A DNA stretch of 64,000 nt from an uncultured Alphaproteobacteria bacterium. Its GTDB lineage: Bacteria; Pseudomonadota; Alphaproteobacteria; Rhizobiales; Beijerinckiaceae. A model generated the notes under the pieces. It had not been told where the DNA came from. It was given only the letters and a program-made list of their open reading frames with translations, and did no database searches. The stretch is from the NCBI GenBank assembly GCA_963723285.1, contig CAVRQD010000006.1, positions 14,196 to 78,195 of the forward strand, written 5' to 3'. The position numbers and the translations under genes were made by a program. The stretch's first letter is position 1. Each line of letters begins with the position of its first letter. Positions 40,466-50,199 of the stretch are shown here, in pieces.

Positions 40466-41784
40466 CCTCGATCGGTTGTATTCGGCGGCGACAAGAGATT
40501 GAACTGCGCCTTCTGCTCGTCGGTGAGCGTCGCGTAAAACGCCTTCAGCTTCGGCTCGACTGTTTTGATCGCCGCGATCGTTGCATTGAGCCGCGCGTCG
40601 ATTGCGTCGAAACGCTCAGTGACATTCTGTGGCGCCACGTTCGGGCAGGCCGCCGCGACCGTCGCGGTGGCTTCGTCGGCGGCGGTTTTCGGCGCGTCGA
40701 AAGCGGCCTTTTGTTCCTGCGTCGGCTTAAGCGTATCGGCGATCTGCTGCGCCGGCAGACCGGTGAATTGCTGCGAGCGCTCCTTGCACAAGGCGGCGAC
40801 AGCGGCGGGTTGCCCTTTCGCCTTGCTGGGCCGGTGACGGCGTCCCAGCGCGATCGCATCGAACTTCGCCTTCTGCGCGTCGCCAAGCGAGTCATAGAGG
40901 CGGGCGAGCGGCGTGCGGATCAGATCGATCGCCTGCTGCGTCGCCGTGAGCCTCTGTTCGATGGCGTCGAAGCGCGCGACCGGAGTCAGCGGCACCTGGC
41001 TCGGGCAGGCGGCGTGGAGAACGTCGCCGGCCTTCGTCTCGGCGTCTTTCAAGTCATTCAGCAGATTGGTCTGGTCGGCGCTAGGCTGGATCGCTTTCGC
41101 GATGCGGTCGATCGGCAGAGCCGCCACGTCAGGTGACTTTGCCGCGCAAGCGTCAGTAGCGTTGGCTTGCGCTTCCGGCTGCTGCGTCTGCTGATGGCGT
41201 CCGCGGCGGCGGTGCTGTGACGGCGGCGCTTCGGCATAAAGGTTGCCGGACCAATAGGCGCCGGAATAGGCGCCATAGCCGCTATCAGAATAGCCGGGCC
41301 AGAAAAGCCCGGCGAAGAGTGCGTCTGGCCCATAGTCGAAAAACGGATCGTAATAATCGTCCGGCCACAGCGCGAAGAAGAGCGCGTCGTCGTAATAATA
41401 GGGCCAGAAGACCGGACCGCCCCAGCCCCATCCGTAGCCATAATGATTATGCCAATAGCCGCCGTGGCCGGCCCATCCGCCATGGTCGAAGCCATGCGCG
41501 AAGGCATGCCTAGCGACCATGCCGCGGCCGACGCCATGCGCGAAATGCTGGTGGCCGCCGAAATGGTGCGCATGGGCATAATGCGCATGGCCGAAATGGT
41601 AGCCGTAATGGCCACCGCCGAAATGATAGCCGCCGAAGTGGCCGAAATGGCCACCTCCGAAGTGCCCGCCCCCGAAATGTCCGCCGCCTCCGCCGTGGCC
41701 AAAAGCATAGGCTTCGGTCGCAAGGCTCAAGGCAAGGCAGAGAGCGGTTGTGGCGGAAAGCAATCTCTGTTTCGGTCCCGGCAT
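40462..41784 (-). CDS. Spy/CpxP-like (LTxxQ) periplasmic protein with a Gly/His/aromatic low-complexity N-terminus
   Basis: Signal peptide, GGGHF repeats, two helical repeats ending LGDAQKAKFD / LTDEQKAQFN. Confidence 0.85.
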   Translation of the reverse strand: MPGPKQRLLSATTALCLALSLATEAYAFGHGGGGGHFGGGHFGGGHFGHFGGYHFGGGHYGYHFGHAHYAHAHHFGGHQHFAHGVGRGMVARHAFAHGFDHGGWAGHGGYWHNHYGYGWGWGGPVFWPYYYDDALFFALWPDDYYDPFFDYGPDALFAGLFWPGYSDSGYGAYSGAYWSGNLYAEAPPSQHRRRGRHQQTQQPEAQANATDACAAKSPDVAALPIDRIAKAIQPSADQTNLLNDLKDAETKAGDVLHAACPSQVPLTPVARFDAIEQRLTATQQAIDLIRTPLARLYDSLGDAQKAKFDAIALGRRHRPSKAKGQPAAVAALCKERSQQFTGLPAQQIADTLKPTQEQKAAFDAPKTAADEATATVAAACPNVAPQNVTERFDAIDARLNATIAAIKTVEPKLKAFYATLTDEQKAQFNLLSPPNTTDRG

Positions 41785-41885
41785 GTCAGCCTCCATTCCC
41801 CCGCGATCGCAATAGAACGCGTGGACGGCGGTGCCGTTGCATTGACTGCGGTCAAACCGCCGTGCGCGTTGTCTCGCCGCGCAGG

Positions 41886-42659
41886 CTAGACAAGCGCGAT
41901 TGCAGCTATGAGACGGCCGTAATCCGGCTCATTGCGATGCACAGAGCGGCGGTAGGAAAAGCAGCGCGCTTCGTCGGCATAAGTGTCGACGCCGCAGCTC
42001 TCGAACCGGCCGATTCCGGCGGCCTTCACGCGCGCCCCGATAAAGCGCGGTAGATCGAACATGAAATGGCCGACGCGCGTCGAGGGTTTGAAAAATTGCG
42101 CATAATCTTGCGCGGCATCAAGAAAGCGCGCGAAAAACTCCGGGCCGACTTCGTAGGAATCCGGCCCGATCGTCGGGCCGAGCGCGGCGGCGATGGCTGT
42201 CCGCCGCGCGCCCTTCTTCTCCATCGCATCGATGGTGGCTTCGAGCACGCCGGTCAGCGCGCCTTTCCAGCCGGCGTGGGCCGCGCCGATGATCTGCCGC
42301 TCCGTATCCGCGAAGAGAATGATGCCGCAATCGGCGCCGGTGACGCCGAGGCCAAGCCCGCGCGTCGCGGTAACGAGCCCGTCGCATTTTGGCCGGGCGT
42401 CTTGCGCGAAGGGCGCATCGACTTGCAAAGCGGTGGCGGAGTGGACTTGGAACGGCACGAGAAGATTGCCGCCCGCAATACCGAGCGCCTCGGCGATGCG
42501 GCGGCGGTTCTCGGTAACGCGGGCCGGATCGTCCTTCGAGCCGACGCCGCCGTTGAGAGATTCATAGACGCCGTGCGACACGCCGCCGCGGCGCGTGAAA
42601 AAGCCGTGCCTGATTCCGGCCGCCTTGAGAAGATCGCTTTGGATAGCTTCGGCCGTCAT
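41886..42659 (-). CDS. pgeF: PgeF/YfiH purine nucleoside phosphorylase (laccase-domain) protein
   Basis: HGFFTRRGGVS, QVHS, ADCG, AAHAGWKG, FSYRR. Confidence 0.95.
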   Translation of the reverse strand: MTAEAIQSDLLKAAGIRHGFFTRRGGVSHGVYESLNGGVGSKDDPARVTENRRRIAEALGIAGGNLLVPFQVHSATALQVDAPFAQDARPKCDGLVTATRGLGLGVTGADCGIILFADTERQIIGAAHAGWKGALTGVLEATIDAMEKKGARRTAIAAALGPTIGPDSYEVGPEFFARFLDAAQDYAQFFKPSTRVGHFMFDLPRFIGARVKAAGIGRFESCGVDTYADEARCFSYRRSVHRNEPDYGRLIAAIALV

Positions 42660-43759
42660 TGATCTTGTCCTGCAATCCGATCGAAGCCGGGCGGGGCGGG
42701 GAGATCGGGCGACGTGATTGCGAGAACCTTAAACAGCTCCGCCATGCTCGCGTTCGGGCCGCTCTCGGGGCCGGGCAGAGCGAGCCGGGCGAGCGCCGCA
42801 TCGATCGCCGCGCTTTGCGCCCCTGTGGCTTTGCGCTTCAGCGCCGCGGCGCGCTCGAAAATGCCGAGCCGGGCGAGAAATTTGCCCTGGCTGATGGGGC
42901 CGTGGACGGCGGCGCCTTCCGCCTGCGCCGCCCGCGCCAGCGCGGCGAAATCGACATGGGCGGTAAGATCGGCCTCGCCCGGCGCGCGCAAAGGATCGTC
43001 GGGTCTGTGGCGCGTCAGCGCCTGCAAGGTCTCGCCTGCGCCGGGCTGGCTATAGCCGTAATCGATGGCGAGCAGCGCCCCCGGCGCTGTCACGAGCCTG
43101 CCGGCGAGCAAGCGCATCACGGCTTGCGCCGCGGCGCCGATCTCGAGGACGGTGCCCTGTGCCACTTGACCGCTTGCCGGCGGCGCGCCCGTCGGGACGA
43201 GCCCGAAGCAGAGTTCGCCTTCGGCATTAAGGCCGACGACGCGCTCGCACAGGCCGCGTTCCGTCCTTACATATTGGCGGATCGGCAGCGCATCGAAGAA
43301 TTCGTTGGCGATGATGATCGCCGGCCCTTCGGGAATGTCTTCGATCGCGCGGTGCCAGGTGATCTGCGTTCCCGCCAGCGTTTCGTGCTGCACCTCCATC
43401 AAGGCTTCGCTTGCTTCGACGAGATGAATTTGCGCCGCCTGCACGAAGGCCGGCCGCACTTTCGCGACGCGCAGCAGGTCGGCCATCAATGTGCCGCGCC
43501 CGGGGCCAAGCTCGACAAGGTGGAGGGGCGAAGGCTCGCCCATCTGCTGCCAGACCTCGACCACCCAGAGACCGATCAATTCGCCGAACATCTGATGGAT
43601 TTCCGGCGCGGTGATGAAGTCGCCTGCTGCACCGATCGGCAGCCGCGTGCGGTAATAGCCATGTTGCGGATGTTGTAAGGCCAGCGTCATGAACCGTTCG
43701 AGGCTGATCGGCCCGTCGGCGGCGATCATCGCCGCGATTTCCTGCGCCAGCGCGTTCAC
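42656..43759 (-). CDS. MidA/NDUFAF7-type SAM-dependent methyltransferase
   Basis: GDFITAPEI, VELGPGRGTL, ANEFFDALP, DYGY, DLTAHVDF; GTG start at 43759. Confidence 0.93.
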   Translation of the reverse strand: MNALAQEIAAMIAADGPISLERFMTLALQHPQHGYYRTRLPIGAAGDFITAPEIHQMFGELIGLWVVEVWQQMGEPSPLHLVELGPGRGTLMADLLRVAKVRPAFVQAAQIHLVEASEALMEVQHETLAGTQITWHRAIEDIPEGPAIIIANEFFDALPIRQYVRTERGLCERVVGLNAEGELCFGLVPTGAPPASGQVAQGTVLEIGAAAQAVMRLLAGRLVTAPGALLAIDYGYSQPGAGETLQALTRHRPDDPLRAPGEADLTAHVDFAALARAAQAEGAAVHGPISQGKFLARLGIFERAAALKRKATGAQSAAIDAALARLALPGPESGPNASMAELFKVLAITSPDLPAPPGFDRIAGQDQ

Positions 43760-44577
43760 GCCGCTTTGCTCCGCGTCGCGAAGAGGATGAGCGCGAGCCC
43801 TGCCAGGATCAGCGGCACCGAGAGCAGCATGCCCATTGTCGCGCCGCCGAAGAGAAAGCCGAGCTGCGGGTCCGGCTCGCGGAAGAATTCGCAGATGATC
43901 CGCGCCGTGCCATAGCCGAGCGCGAAAAGCCCGGTCGTCAGCCCCGGCCGTTTGAGTGCGCCGAGGCGTATCGCCAGCGCTAGGATGAGGAACAGCGCGA
44001 CGCCTTCGAGGCCCGCTTCGTAAAGCTGGCTTGGATGGCGCGGCACCCCATCGGAGCCGGGAAAGATCATCGCCCACGGCACATCGGTTGGGCGCCCCCA
44101 CAGCTCCGGCTTGATGAAATTGGCGAGCCGGCCAAGTGCGAGGCCGATCGGCACCGAGGCCGCTGTCGGGTCCATCGCCGCGAGCACCGGCACGCCGACG
44201 CGGCGGGCGAAGAGGATGATGCCGAGCATGGCGCCGAGCAGGCCGCCGTGGAACGACATGCCGCCCTTCCAGACGGCGAAAATCTCGAGCGGATGGGCGA
44301 GGTAAACTGGCAGATTGTAGAACAGCACGTAGCCGAGCCGGCCGCCGAGGATGATGCCGAAGGCGACATAGACCACGAGATCGTCGATGCTGGCCCGGCT
44401 CGGATGTGGAACCTTGCCCCAGAGCGAATCCTTGCCGACGAGATGGCGCACATAGGCCCAGCCGAAGATGATTCCGGCAATATAGGCGAGCGCGTACCAG
44501 CGGATCGGCAGCGGGCCGATGTCGACCAATACCGGGTCGATCTTGGGATAGGGAATGAGGAGCAGCATCCGTTTCAT
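43756..44577 (-). CDS. lgt: Prolipoprotein diacylglyceryl transferase
   Basis: IRWYALAY, GGRLGY, GGMSFHGG, GRLANF, RHPSQLYE. Confidence 0.98.
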   Translation of the reverse strand: MKRMLLLIPYPKIDPVLVDIGPLPIRWYALAYIAGIIFGWAYVRHLVGKDSLWGKVPHPSRASIDDLVVYVAFGIILGGRLGYVLFYNLPVYLAHPLEIFAVWKGGMSFHGGLLGAMLGIILFARRVGVPVLAAMDPTAASVPIGLALGRLANFIKPELWGRPTDVPWAMIFPGSDGVPRHPSQLYEAGLEGVALFLILALAIRLGALKRPGLTTGLFALGYGTARIICEFFREPDPQLGFLFGGATMGMLLSVPLILAGLALILFATRSKAA

Positions 44578-44639
44578 TCTGGCTAAAATCTGCGGCGGTG
44601 ATGCGACGCGAGCGCCACGAGGTCAAGCCGGGCGCCAAG

Positions 44640-44751
44640 ATCGTGATGCGTTTAGGCTGAACAGCCTAAACGCATATAACGCGATCGGTTTTAATATGCC
44701 GGAGCGGGATTGATGTGAAAAACCGCTACACACTTTTTCGCATCCCGCTCA
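44640..44751. repeat. Two-hairpin RIME-like palindromic element
   Basis: Perfect ATGCGTTTAGGCTG-aa-CAGCCTAAACGCAT (44646-44675) and GAGCGGGAT...ATCCCGCTC (44702-44750) with an AAAACCG-N5-CACTTTT core. Confidence 0.85.
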
Positions 44752-44837
44752 GCGGGCTTTGCGCTTGCGGCAGGCGCGAAAACGCGCAACATAAGGGGAA
44801 CGGGGACGACTTCCCAAGAGACAATTTGGAGCGCGCG

Positions 44838-45098
44838 ATGCCGCAGAGCCGCAAAGTGTTCGACGATTTCAGCCGCCTGATGAGCGATGCGACGGAGATC
44901 GCCCAGGGCGTGCGCCGCGAGGCCGAGAGCGCCGTCAAGTCACAGGTCGAGCGCTTTCTCTCGGCGATGGATATCGTCAGCCGTGAGGAGTTCGAAGCCG
45001 TCCGCGAAATGGCGATTGCCGCGCGGGACGAGAACGACCGGCTGAAAAAGCGCATCGAGGCGCTCGAGGCGAAGCTCGGCGTAACTTCCGCGTCCTAA
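44838..45098 (+). CDS. ubiK: UbiK/BMFP family accessory factor
   Basis: MDIVSREEFEAVREMA...LKKRIEALEAKL. Confidence 0.88.
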   Translation: MPQSRKVFDDFSRLMSDATEIAQGVRREAESAVKSQVERFLSAMDIVSREEFEAVREMAIAARDENDRLKKRIEALEAKLGVTSAS

Positions 45099-45101
45099 GC
45101 C

Positions 45102-45584
45102 GTGCCGCCGCTGAAGGCCCCGGCGGTCGTCATCGATGGCCGCCAATCCGACATGGCGTTGGCGATCGCGCGCGGCACGCGGCGGCTGTTACGCAATCTG
45201 CGTTTCTCGACCCTGACGGAGCTGCCGCTGGCGAGCGGGCGGCGCGCCGATATTGTCGCTTTGGCAAGCGACGGCACGATCGTCATCGTCGAGATCAAAT
45301 CGTCGCTTGCGGATTTCCGCGCCGATCAAAAATGGCCGGATTACCGCTTCCATTGCGACCGGCTTTATTTCGCCATCTCCGACAATCTCGCGCCCGAGAT
45401 CATGCCCGAGGACGCCGGCCTCATCGTCGCCGATGCGTTCGGCGCCGCCGTGTTGCGCGAGGCGCCGGAGCATCGGCTCGCGGGGGCAACCCGCCGCGCC
45501 ATGCTGATGCGTTTCGCGCACGCGGCGGCGCATCGGCTGCACGGCTTGACCGATCCGGAAATTTTGGGCTTCGGGCCGGTGTAA
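45102..45584 (+). CDS. mmcB: MmcB family DNA repair nuclease-like protein
   Basis: LASGRRADI, IVEIKSSLADFRADQKWPDY, CDRLYFA. Confidence 0.9.
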   Translation: MPPLKAPAVVIDGRQSDMALAIARGTRRLLRNLRFSTLTELPLASGRRADIVALASDGTIVIVEIKSSLADFRADQKWPDYRFHCDRLYFAISDNLAPEIMPEDAGLIVADAFGAAVLREAPEHRLAGATRRAMLMRFAHAAAHRLHGLTDPEILGFGPV

Positions 45585-45587
45585 AGC

Positions 45588-46190
45588 TTACCGCGGCGCG
45601 CGTTTGGCGAGGATGCGTTGCAACGTCCGGCGGTGCATGTTGAGCCGGCGCGCCGTCTCCGAGACATTGCGGCCGCAAAGCTCGTAGATGCGCTGGATGT
45701 GTTCCCAGCGGACGCGGTCGGCCGACATCGGATTTTCCGGCACTTCCGCCTTGTCGTGGTAGGTCGCCATCAGTGCGGCATAGATGTCGTCGGCGTCCGC
45801 CGGCTTTGCCAGATAATCGAAGGCGCCGAGCTTCACCGCCGTCACTGCCGTGACGATATTGCCATAGCCGGTGAGGATGATCGCGCGCGCCTCGGGGCGC
45901 TTGGCTTTCAGCTCGGAGATGACGTCGAGCCCATTGCCGTCGACGAGCCGCATGTCGATCACGGCGAAGGCCGGCGGCTGTTGGGCGATGGCGGCGAGAC
46001 CTTCGGCCACGGATTGCGCGGCGGTGACGATGAACCCGCGTCCTTCCATGGCGCGCGCGAGCCGCGTGAGGAAGGCGCGATCGTCGTCGACGATCAGCAG
46101 CGTCTTATCCTCGGGCAGATCTCCAGAGGTCGGAGTGGCTTCCACCCTGGCCCCCGCTGAAGGCTCGAAGGGGTCTATTTTCGTCATCAT
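45588..46190 (-). CDS. regA: RegA/PrrA/ActR redox response regulator
   Basis: Receiver domain plus RWEHIQRIYELCGRNVSETARRLNMHRRTLQRILAKRAPR. Confidence 0.97.
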   Translation of the reverse strand: MMTKIDPFEPSAGARVEATPTSGDLPEDKTLLIVDDDRAFLTRLARAMEGRGFIVTAAQSVAEGLAAIAQQPPAFAVIDMRLVDGNGLDVISELKAKRPEARAIILTGYGNIVTAVTAVKLGAFDYLAKPADADDIYAALMATYHDKAEVPENPMSADRVRWEHIQRIYELCGRNVSETARRLNMHRRTLQRILAKRAPR

Positions 46191-46286
46191 CGTGCCTATA
46201 CTAGTGCCAAATTCCGCACCCGAGAATGGGAATTTCCATCTTCCCGCCTTTTTGCTTATCGGGCGGTGGATGGCAAATGCCGCGTC

Positions 46287-47675
46287 TCACGACGACGGCC
46301 GTTGTGCGACGCGACCCCGGTCTGCGTTTCGCGGCTCCGGTGCTAGCCACGCCGCGCGCTTTACGGCTGGCGAGGTGCTGGTATCGAACCGCGCGCGCGG
46401 CCAGCGGATGGTGATGCGGGCGCCCGATTGCGGCGGCAGTCGGTTGCTGGTGATGACGGTGGCGCCGGAGCGTTCGAGCAAGGTCTTGGCGATGAAGAGC
46501 CCGAGTCCCAGTCCGGAATCGGCCTCGTGCTTGGTGTGCCGTCCAGCGCGGGTCGTGATGTAAGGCTCGCCGATGCGGTCGATCACGTCGGGGGAGAAGC
46601 CCGGCCCGTCGTCCTCGACGGTGATTTCGAGGATGGCCTTGTTCCAGCGGGCGATGATCCGGACTTCCGACTTGGCGAAATCAGTGGCGTTCTCGATCAG
46701 ATTGCCGAGGCCGTAGATGAGTCCCGGATTGCGCTTGGTGACGGGCTCCGGCGCGGTGCCGTTCTTCACGATATTGATCGCGATGTCCAAACCGCGGTTG
46801 GGCGCCACGGCTTCTTCGAGCAGAAGATCGAGGCTCATCTCCTGCAACAGCGCGCCAGGCTCGTCTTCGTTCAGCGAGGCGAGCTTGCTCAGGATGCCGC
46901 GGCAGCGGCCGATCTCCTGGATGATGAGGCTGACATCGTCGTCGTAGGGGCCGGCGGGAAGCAGCTTGTGCAGCTCCTTGGCGGCGATGCTGATCGTCGC
47001 CAGCGGCGTGCCGAGTTCGTGCGCCGCCGCGGCGGCGAGGCCGTCGAGCTGACTCAGCAATTGTTCGCGCGCGATGACGAGTTCCGTGGCCGCGAAAGCA
47101 TCGGCAAGTTTGCGCGTCTCCTCGGCAATACGCGAGGCATAGATCACAGTGAAGGCGGCGCTGACGGTGACGGCGGCCCAGATGCCGAGGCTATAGAGCC
47201 AGGGAAGCTGGAACGGCACATTTTGCGCCCACGGCAGCGGATGGTGAAAGAAGCTGATGGTCGTCGCGGCGATCACCATCAGGACAAAGAGGCCGATCGC
47301 GGTGCGCGCCGAGAAGGAGACGGCGGCGATCATCACCGGCGCCAGGAACAGTACCGCGAACGGGTTCTCGATGCCGCCGGTGAGATAGAGCAGCGCGGCA
47401 AGCTGGACGATGTCGTAAGCGAGGATCGCGGCGGCCGGCTTGTCGTCGAGCCGGTCGCTGCGGTTGTAGCGCAGGTTCAAAACGATATTGAGCCAGGCCG
47501 AGCCGGCGATGAACAACAGGCAGATGCTAAGCGGAATCGGAAAACCGAGGCCGAAGCGCACCAGCAGCACGGCCGCCAATTGTCCGAAGACGGCGAGCCA
47601 GCGGAGCTTGACCAGCGTGTCGACGCGCAGCCGCCGCGAGCGGCGGCCAAGATCGAGATCATCGTCGTCCGTCAT
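46287..47675 (-). CDS. regB: RegB/PrrB/ActS redox sensor kinase
   Basis: TGGIENPF quinone motif, AAAAHELGTPL, redox Cys (RCR), DDGPGF. Confidence 0.97.
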   Translation of the reverse strand: MTDDDDLDLGRRSRRLRVDTLVKLRWLAVFGQLAAVLLVRFGLGFPIPLSICLLFIAGSAWLNIVLNLRYNRSDRLDDKPAAAILAYDIVQLAALLYLTGGIENPFAVLFLAPVMIAAVSFSARTAIGLFVLMVIAATTISFFHHPLPWAQNVPFQLPWLYSLGIWAAVTVSAAFTVIYASRIAEETRKLADAFAATELVIAREQLLSQLDGLAAAAAHELGTPLATISIAAKELHKLLPAGPYDDDVSLIIQEIGRCRGILSKLASLNEDEPGALLQEMSLDLLLEEAVAPNRGLDIAINIVKNGTAPEPVTKRNPGLIYGLGNLIENATDFAKSEVRIIARWNKAILEITVEDDGPGFSPDVIDRIGEPYITTRAGRHTKHEADSGLGLGLFIAKTLLERSGATVITSNRLPPQSGARITIRWPRARFDTSTSPAVKRAAWLAPEPRNADRGRVAQRPSS

Positions 47676-47942
47676 CTTCCTTTACTTTCTAGGTCTCGGC
47701 TGCCGGGTCAACGGAGGCACATTGCAATAAAAATCGCATTGGGCAACGCTGTACCGCCAAATCCGCAATTCCGGCTGGCCAGGGTTCATTATCCAGTGGC
47801 TATTCCGGCCGGCGGACCGCAATATGTTGCGGGGCCCTTGCCGCCGCCCTATGTTTCGGAACCGATCCGCCGCGTCATCAATTCAGGCTAAGGCCGGCTG
47901 GCCGGTGGTTGTATAGCCTGAGACGGGTAACCATAATAAGCA

Positions 47943-47959
47943 TTGCTGCGTTGCAGCAA
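47943..47959. promoter_or_regulatory. Putative PhaR operator TTGCTGC-N3-GCAGCAA
   Basis: Perfect inverted repeat containing CTGC-N3-GCAG, upstream of phaZ. Confidence 0.65.
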
Positions 47960-48025
47960 ATGCCTTCCGGTTGGGGGAATCACGAAAACGCGGATTTTCT
48001 CAACCCGGGCGGGGAGAAAGCTAGG

Positions 48026-49297
48026 ATGGCCTGGGCGATGAAGGATTCCTATTCGTATCAATGGCACGAGTTTGCCTATCTGGCCCTGGCGCCGGCGCGG
48101 GCTTTCTCAGATGTCGCCCGGGTCTGGTTCAAGAGCCCGCTCAACCCGCTCGCGCACACGCCGGTTGGCCGCAATGTCGCGGCGTCGGCTGAACTTTTCG
48201 AACGTTTCACCCGCCGCTATGGCAAGCCGGTCTTCGGCCTGGAAGAGACGACCATCGACGGCAAGCAGGTGCCGGTTATCGAAAGGGTCGTCTGGGAGCG
48301 TACCTTCTGCCGTCTGCTGCATTTCGAGCGGCAATGGCCGTCGCCGCACAAGCCACAGCCCAAACTGCTGATCGTCGCGCCGATGTCGGGCCATTATGCG
48401 ACGCTGCTGCGCGGCACGGTCGAGGCCTTCCTGCCCGATTATGATGTCTATATCACCGACTGGGCTGATGCGCGCATGGTGCCGCTCGCCAGCGGCGGTT
48501 TCGATCTCGCCGATTACATCGATTATCTGATCGACATTTTCCGCGTGCTCAGCGTCCGCAAGGATGGCTTGCCGCTGCACACGATCGGGGTTTGCCAGCC
48601 GGCGGTGCCGCTGCTCGCGGCCATCGCGCATCTCGAGAAATTGCATGATCCCGATGTGCCGGCCTCAATGGTGCTTATGGGCGGCCCGATTGATACGCGC
48701 CGTAGCCCCACCGCCGTCAACAAGCTGGCCGAGGCGCGCGGCAGCCAGTGGTTTAAGGATCATTGCCTCCATAGCGTGCCCTATCCCTATCCGGGGGCGC
48801 GACGGCTCGTCTATCCAGGCTTCTTGCAACTCTCCGGCTTCATGGCCATGAATTTTGATCGCCATGTCAACGCGCATATCGACATGTTCAATCATCTGAT
48901 GGAGGGCGACGGCAACTCGGCTGAGAAGCACCGCGAATTCTACGATGAATATCTCGCGGTGATGGACCTGACGGCGGAATTCTATCTGCAGACGATCGAG
49001 ACGGTCTTCGTGCGCCACCTCCTGCCGGAAGGAAAGATGACGCATGACAATCAGTACATCGATCTCACCGCGGTCAATCGTACGGCGCTGATGACGGTCG
49101 AGGGCGAGAAGGACGACATTTCCGGCCTCGGCCAGACCAGGGCGGCGCAGGATCTCTGTACCAACATTCCGCCGAAGTTGAAGCTGCATTACGAGCAGGC
49201 CGATGTCGGCCATTACGGCGTCTTCAACGGCTCGCGCTTTCGCAAAATCATCGCCCCGCATATTCGCGAGTTTCAGGCGGCGGTGGCCCCGGTCTAG
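48026..49297 (+). CDS. phaZ: Intracellular polyhydroxyalkanoate depolymerase
   Basis: VAPMSGHYATLLRGTV, GVCQP, MGGPID, VEGEKDDI, GHYGVFNG. Confidence 0.96.
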   Translation: MAWAMKDSYSYQWHEFAYLALAPARAFSDVARVWFKSPLNPLAHTPVGRNVAASAELFERFTRRYGKPVFGLEETTIDGKQVPVIERVVWERTFCRLLHFERQWPSPHKPQPKLLIVAPMSGHYATLLRGTVEAFLPDYDVYITDWADARMVPLASGGFDLADYIDYLIDIFRVLSVRKDGLPLHTIGVCQPAVPLLAAIAHLEKLHDPDVPASMVLMGGPIDTRRSPTAVNKLAEARGSQWFKDHCLHSVPYPYPGARRLVYPGFLQLSGFMAMNFDRHVNAHIDMFNHLMEGDGNSAEKHREFYDEYLAVMDLTAEFYLQTIETVFVRHLLPEGKMTHDNQYIDLTAVNRTALMTVEGEKDDISGLGQTRAAQDLCTNIPPKLKLHYEQADVGHYGVFNGSRFRKIIAPHIREFQAAVAPV

Positions 49298-49431
49298 ACC
49301 CGCGCCGGTCCTCTTCCCCTATGTTGCGATGCAAAATAAGACAATTTAACGCTGCGGCACCGGGTAAAATGCCGCCAATTTGAGCCGCGGAGTTAGTGGC
49401 GACTCGGCTTGGCAGCGGCTAAAATTCATCC

Positions 49432-50199
49432 ATGCCCGGCCCCCGCAAGAACGCACCCAGAACATCCGATCTCGCCTTTATCGAGGTTTCGCACGCGGGC
49501 GAAACCTTTCGTATCGCGTTGAAGCGGATCAGCACGGCGCGGCGCTTTACCTTGCGTGTGCGCGCGGCGACGCGCGATGTCGTGCTCACCATGCCGCCGC
49601 GCGGCTCGCTTGTCGGGGCGCGTAATTTCGTTGAGCGGCACGCGGCCTGGATCGGCGTGCGGCTACAGCGCTTGCCGGCGCCGATGCCGTTCGGCGGCGG
49701 CGAGATGGTGCCGATCCGCGGCGTCAATCACCGCATTGTCGAGCGGCCGCGCGACCGCGGCACGGCTTGGATCGAACCGGCGCTCGGCGGCGACAAGAGC
49801 CTGCCTTTGCTCTGCATCACTGGCGAGCGGTCGCATGTCGCGCGCCGGGTGCAGGATTTTCTGATGCGGGAGGCGCGGCGCGACATTGAAGCCGCTGTGA
49901 CGCGTCATGCCGCCAAGCTCGGGGTCACGCCGCGCCGGATCACTCTGCGCGACACGACGAGCCGTTGGGGTTCCTGCTCGTCGACGGGGGCGCTCAACTT
50001 CTCCTGGCGGCTGATCATGGCGCCGAGCTATGTGCTCGATTATCTCGCCGCGCACGAGGTCGCGCACCTCGTCTATATGAATCATTCGCCCGCGTTCTGG
50101 AAAATCCTCGGCAAGCTCTCAGCGCATGTCGATCGCGCCGAGGCGTGGCTCAAGGCGCATGGCGCGGGTCTGCTGCGCTTCGGCCCGTATAGGGCCTGA
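49432..50199 (+). CDS. M48/YgjP-like (SprT-like) metallopeptidase
   Basis: SRWGSCS, LNFSWRL, AHEVAH, NHSPAFW. Confidence 0.92.
   Translation: MPGPRKNAPRTSDLAFIEVSHAGETFRIALKRISTARRFTLRVRAATRDVVLTMPPRGSLVGARNFVERHAAWIGVRLQRLPAPMPFGGGEMVPIRGVNHRIVERPRDRGTAWIEPALGGDKSLPLLCITGERSHVARRVQDFLMREARRDIEAAVTRHAAKLGVTPRRITLRDTTSRWGSCSSTGALNFSWRLIMAPSYVLDYLAAHEVAHLVYMNHSPAFWKILGKLSAHVDRAEAWLKAHGAGLLRFGPYRA

Noticed and set aside
46428-47891. 487-aa ORF antisense to regB (also 53800-55737, 19745-20809, 37887-39662, 8937-10340 and similar)
   Set aside because: High-GC shadow ORFs opposite well-supported genes, with no motifs.
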